Made by a program: the position numbers and the translations under genes. A stretch of DNA of 64,000 nt from positions 2,304,001-2,368,000 of the forward strand of contig OY762911.1 in assembly GCA_963666565.1 (NCBI GenBank), in the 5' to 3' direction. Position 1 is the stretch's first letter, and the number at the start of each line of letters is the position of its first letter. The notes beneath the pieces are model-generated. The model ran no database searches, had not been told where the DNA came from, and saw nothing but the letters and a program-made list of their open reading frames with translations. This DNA comes from Thermoanaerobaculia bacterium. GTDB lineage: Bacteria > Acidobacteriota > Thermoanaerobaculia > Multivoradales > Multivoraceae. This document shows positions 61,997 to 64,000 of the stretch, in pieces.

Positions 61997-63702
61997 CGGA
62001 CCACCCGCAGGCGGTGGCCCGGCGGCAGTTCCGGAAGCCGCAGTCGTCCCTCTCGCGGCCAAGCGATCCGGATCTCCACCGCGCGCGTGGTCTCGGCACC
62101 GCCGGCTTCGCTCGCGGCAGTGGCTTCGGCCGCCGCGCCGGGATCCGCCGGCGCGCCGAAGGTCTGCGTCAGCGAGTTCTGGGACAGGTAGGACGATCCC
62201 GCCCGCACCTCCCGACGCTGGACTCCGGCGCCCGCGCGAAGCTCGATCACCGCGCCGATCGCTCGCGCGTTCGCCGCGCCTCGGTCGACGAGGTCGACCT
62301 GGACCGCGTGGCCTTTCCGCGCGCTCTCGTTCCGGTAGACCTCGGCCCGGTCGTTGCAGTTCGAGATGACCAGGTCCAGGTCGCCATCGAGGTCGAAGTC
62401 GGCCGTGGCCAGCCCGCGGCTCACGCGGACGGCGCCGATGCCGCTGTCCTCCACTTCGGCGAACCGGCCGCCCACGTTCTCCAGGAGCTGGTTCGGTTGC
62501 GCGTAGGCGGCGCCGGCGAAGCCCGCGTGTTCCGAGATGTTGTGGATCACGTGGCCGTTGGCGACGGCGAGGTCGAGGTCGCCGTCGAGGTCGAAGTCGG
62601 CCAGGTCGGCGCCGAAGCCGACCCACGGCATGGAGGGCTCGGCAATGCCGGCGACGAAGCGGCGTTCCAGGAAGAGGCCGTCGCCGCGGTTCGAGTACAG
62701 GGCGTTCGTCTGCCGGTCGAGGTGGGTGACGATCAGGTCCTCCAGGCCGTTGCCGTCCACGTCGCCGACCGCGATGCCCATGCCCGCCTCCGCTTCGCCG
62801 CGGTCCGAGAGGGCGGTGCCGGCGAGCAGGGCGTCGTCCTCGAAGCGCGGACCGCCATCGGCGCCCCGGTTGAGGAAGTGGAGGTTCGGATCCATGTCGT
62901 TCGCGACGTAGATGTCCGGCCGGCGGTCGCCGTCGAAGTCCGTGATGACGACGCCGAGGCCGGCGTGGCGCGGACCGGCGAGACCCGTCTCGGCGGCGGC
63001 CTCGACGAAGACGGGGGTTCCCTCGGGGCCGAGGTCGTTGCGATGGAAGCGGTCCGGAAGGCCGTCGTAGGCGTCCGGGTGGCAGTAGGAGCGCGGACCC
63101 GGCGGCGGGTCGCCGCAGCGCACGTTGTTGTCGTAGCCGAAGTCGACGTAGTTCGCCACGTACAAGTCGAGGTCGCCGTCCAGGTCGACGTCGCCGAAGG
63201 CCGCGGAGGCGCTCCAGGAGGGGTCGGCGGCGCCGGCGGCGGCCGGCGCGGGGACGAAGGCGCCGTCGCCGCGGTTGAGCCACAGGCGGTTCGGGCCGAA
63301 GGCGGTCAGGTAGAGGTCCGGGTCGCCGTCGCCGTCCACGTCGCCGGTGACGGCGCCCATGCCGTAGCTGTCGAGCCGGATGCCGGAGGCCCCGGTGACG
63401 TCGACGAACCGGCCGCCGTCGTTCCGCAGCAGGGTCGTGCGGCCGGGCGCGCCGCCGTGGGGCGCGGGCTCGCCGCTGTCGACGAACAGCAGGTCGTCGT
63501 CGCCGTCGCCGTCGTAGTCGAACGCGACGACGCCGCTGCCGACGGTCTCGATCATGTAGTACTCGCCGCGGCCGCCATGGCGGTGCCGGAAATCGACGCC
63601 CCAGTCTTCTGCCGCGTCGACGAACCGGAGTCCGCCCGCCGCCTGGGCGGGGGCGGCGAGCGCCAGCGCGGCGGCGAGCGCCGGGATCAGGGCGAGAACC
63701 AC
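61993..63702 (-). CDS. CRTAC1 / ASPIC-UnbV family protein
   Basis: Signal peptide, ETVGSGVVAFDYDGDGD, YCHPDAY, EAGMG, SRGLATADFDLDGD, GSSYLSQN. Confidence 0.9.
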   Translation of the reverse strand: MVLALIPALAAALALAAPAQAAGGLRFVDAAEDWGVDFRHRHGGRGEYYMIETVGSGVVAFDYDGDGDDDLLFVDSGEPAPHGGAPGRTTLLRNDGGRFVDVTGASGIRLDSYGMGAVTGDVDGDGDPDLYLTAFGPNRLWLNRGDGAFVPAPAAAGAADPSWSASAAFGDVDLDGDLDLYVANYVDFGYDNNVRCGDPPPGPRSYCHPDAYDGLPDRFHRNDLGPEGTPVFVEAAAETGLAGPRHAGLGVVITDFDGDRRPDIYVANDMDPNLHFLNRGADGGPRFEDDALLAGTALSDRGEAEAGMGIAVGDVDGNGLEDLIVTHLDRQTNALYSNRGDGLFLERRFVAGIAEPSMPWVGFGADLADFDLDGDLDLAVANGHVIHNISEHAGFAGAAYAQPNQLLENVGGRFAEVEDSGIGAVRVSRGLATADFDLDGDLDLVISNCNDRAEVYRNESARKGHAVQVDLVDRGAANARAIGAVIELRAGAGVQRREVRAGSSYLSQNSLTQTFGAPADPGAAAEATAASEAGGAETTRAVEIRIAWPREGRLRLPELPPGHRLRVVR

Positions 63703-64000
63703 GGCTCGCGGGCGGGTTCGCCGTTCAGGTAGGCGGCGAGGCGCCGGGACTGGCCCGCGGTCGGCGTGCCGCCGCGCCGCCCGACCTCGTCCAGCACCTG
63801 CCTCTGCATGGCCGCCGCGCCCTCGAAGTCGCCGGTCTCGGCCAGCGCCATGGCGACGGTTTCCGCGTGCTCCAGCGTTGGCCGTTCCGACATCAGGCGT
63901 TCGGCGATGGCGAGCGCTTCGGGGCCGTTGCGCACGCTCGGATCGGGGCTCGCGGCCAGCAGGCGCGCCAGCAGGGTGTCCAGGTGGTCGGCGGCCGCGC
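63687..64000 (-). CDS. 3' end of a TPR-repeat protein (truncated by window edge)
   Basis: ...LARLLAASPDPSVRNGPEALAIAE...ETVAMALAETGDFEGAA...RLAAY is a typical TPR-protein C-terminus. Confidence 0.75.
   Translation of the reverse strand, partial: AAADHLDTLLARLLAASPDPSVRNGPEALAIAERLMSERPTLEHAETVAMALAETGDFEGAAAMQRQVLDEVGRRGGTPTAGQSRRLAAYLNGEPAREPWFSP

Noticed and set aside
1-64000. Autonomous transposase, integrase, RAYT, tRNA or rRNA
   Set aside because: No HUH-Y1, DDE or recombinase motif in any ORF, and no cloverleaf or rRNA-like sequence recognised by eye.

Overview
Very GC-rich bacterial window. The gene content (acidobacterial-type VWA proteins, an Oar-like TonB-dependent receptor, ASPIC/UnbV-CRTAC1 proteins, many TPR proteins, a Fn3/putative-Ig repeat protein) suggests Acidobacteriota, plausibly Thermoanaerobaculia and possibly host-associated; this is inference. 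From left to right: the 5' part of a giant minus-strand surface protein built from near-identical 570-bp repeats; housekeeping and catabolic genes (SDR, M20 peptidase, arylsulfatase, BON-OmpA plus a small membrane protein, crotonase, YdjC-like deacetylase, PafA-like phosphatase, ornithine cyclodeaminase family, ptrB, acyl-CoA dehydrogenase, a folP-folB fusion and folK); a CRTAC1 gene with an M16 peptidase pair; two paralogous M12B metalloproteases, each ending in two copies of an unnamed domain; and a ~27-kb envelope cluster (DUF3179, two Thr-motif 'sulfatase'-TPR proteins, three VWA proteins, transglutaminase-TPR, a TonB receptor with a sigma-54 site, TPR proteins, two more CRTAC1 genes) interrupted by a small Panacea-antitoxin islet. 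The most striking signal is a REP-like palindrome (GGGTGC-GCGGGTC-TTCC-GACCCGC), counted by eye at roughly 35-38 copies. It forms paired composite elements and tandem arrays, shows compensatory stem changes, and sits in-frame inside about six protein-coding genes. I recognised no rRNA, tRNA, CRISPR array or intact transposase.
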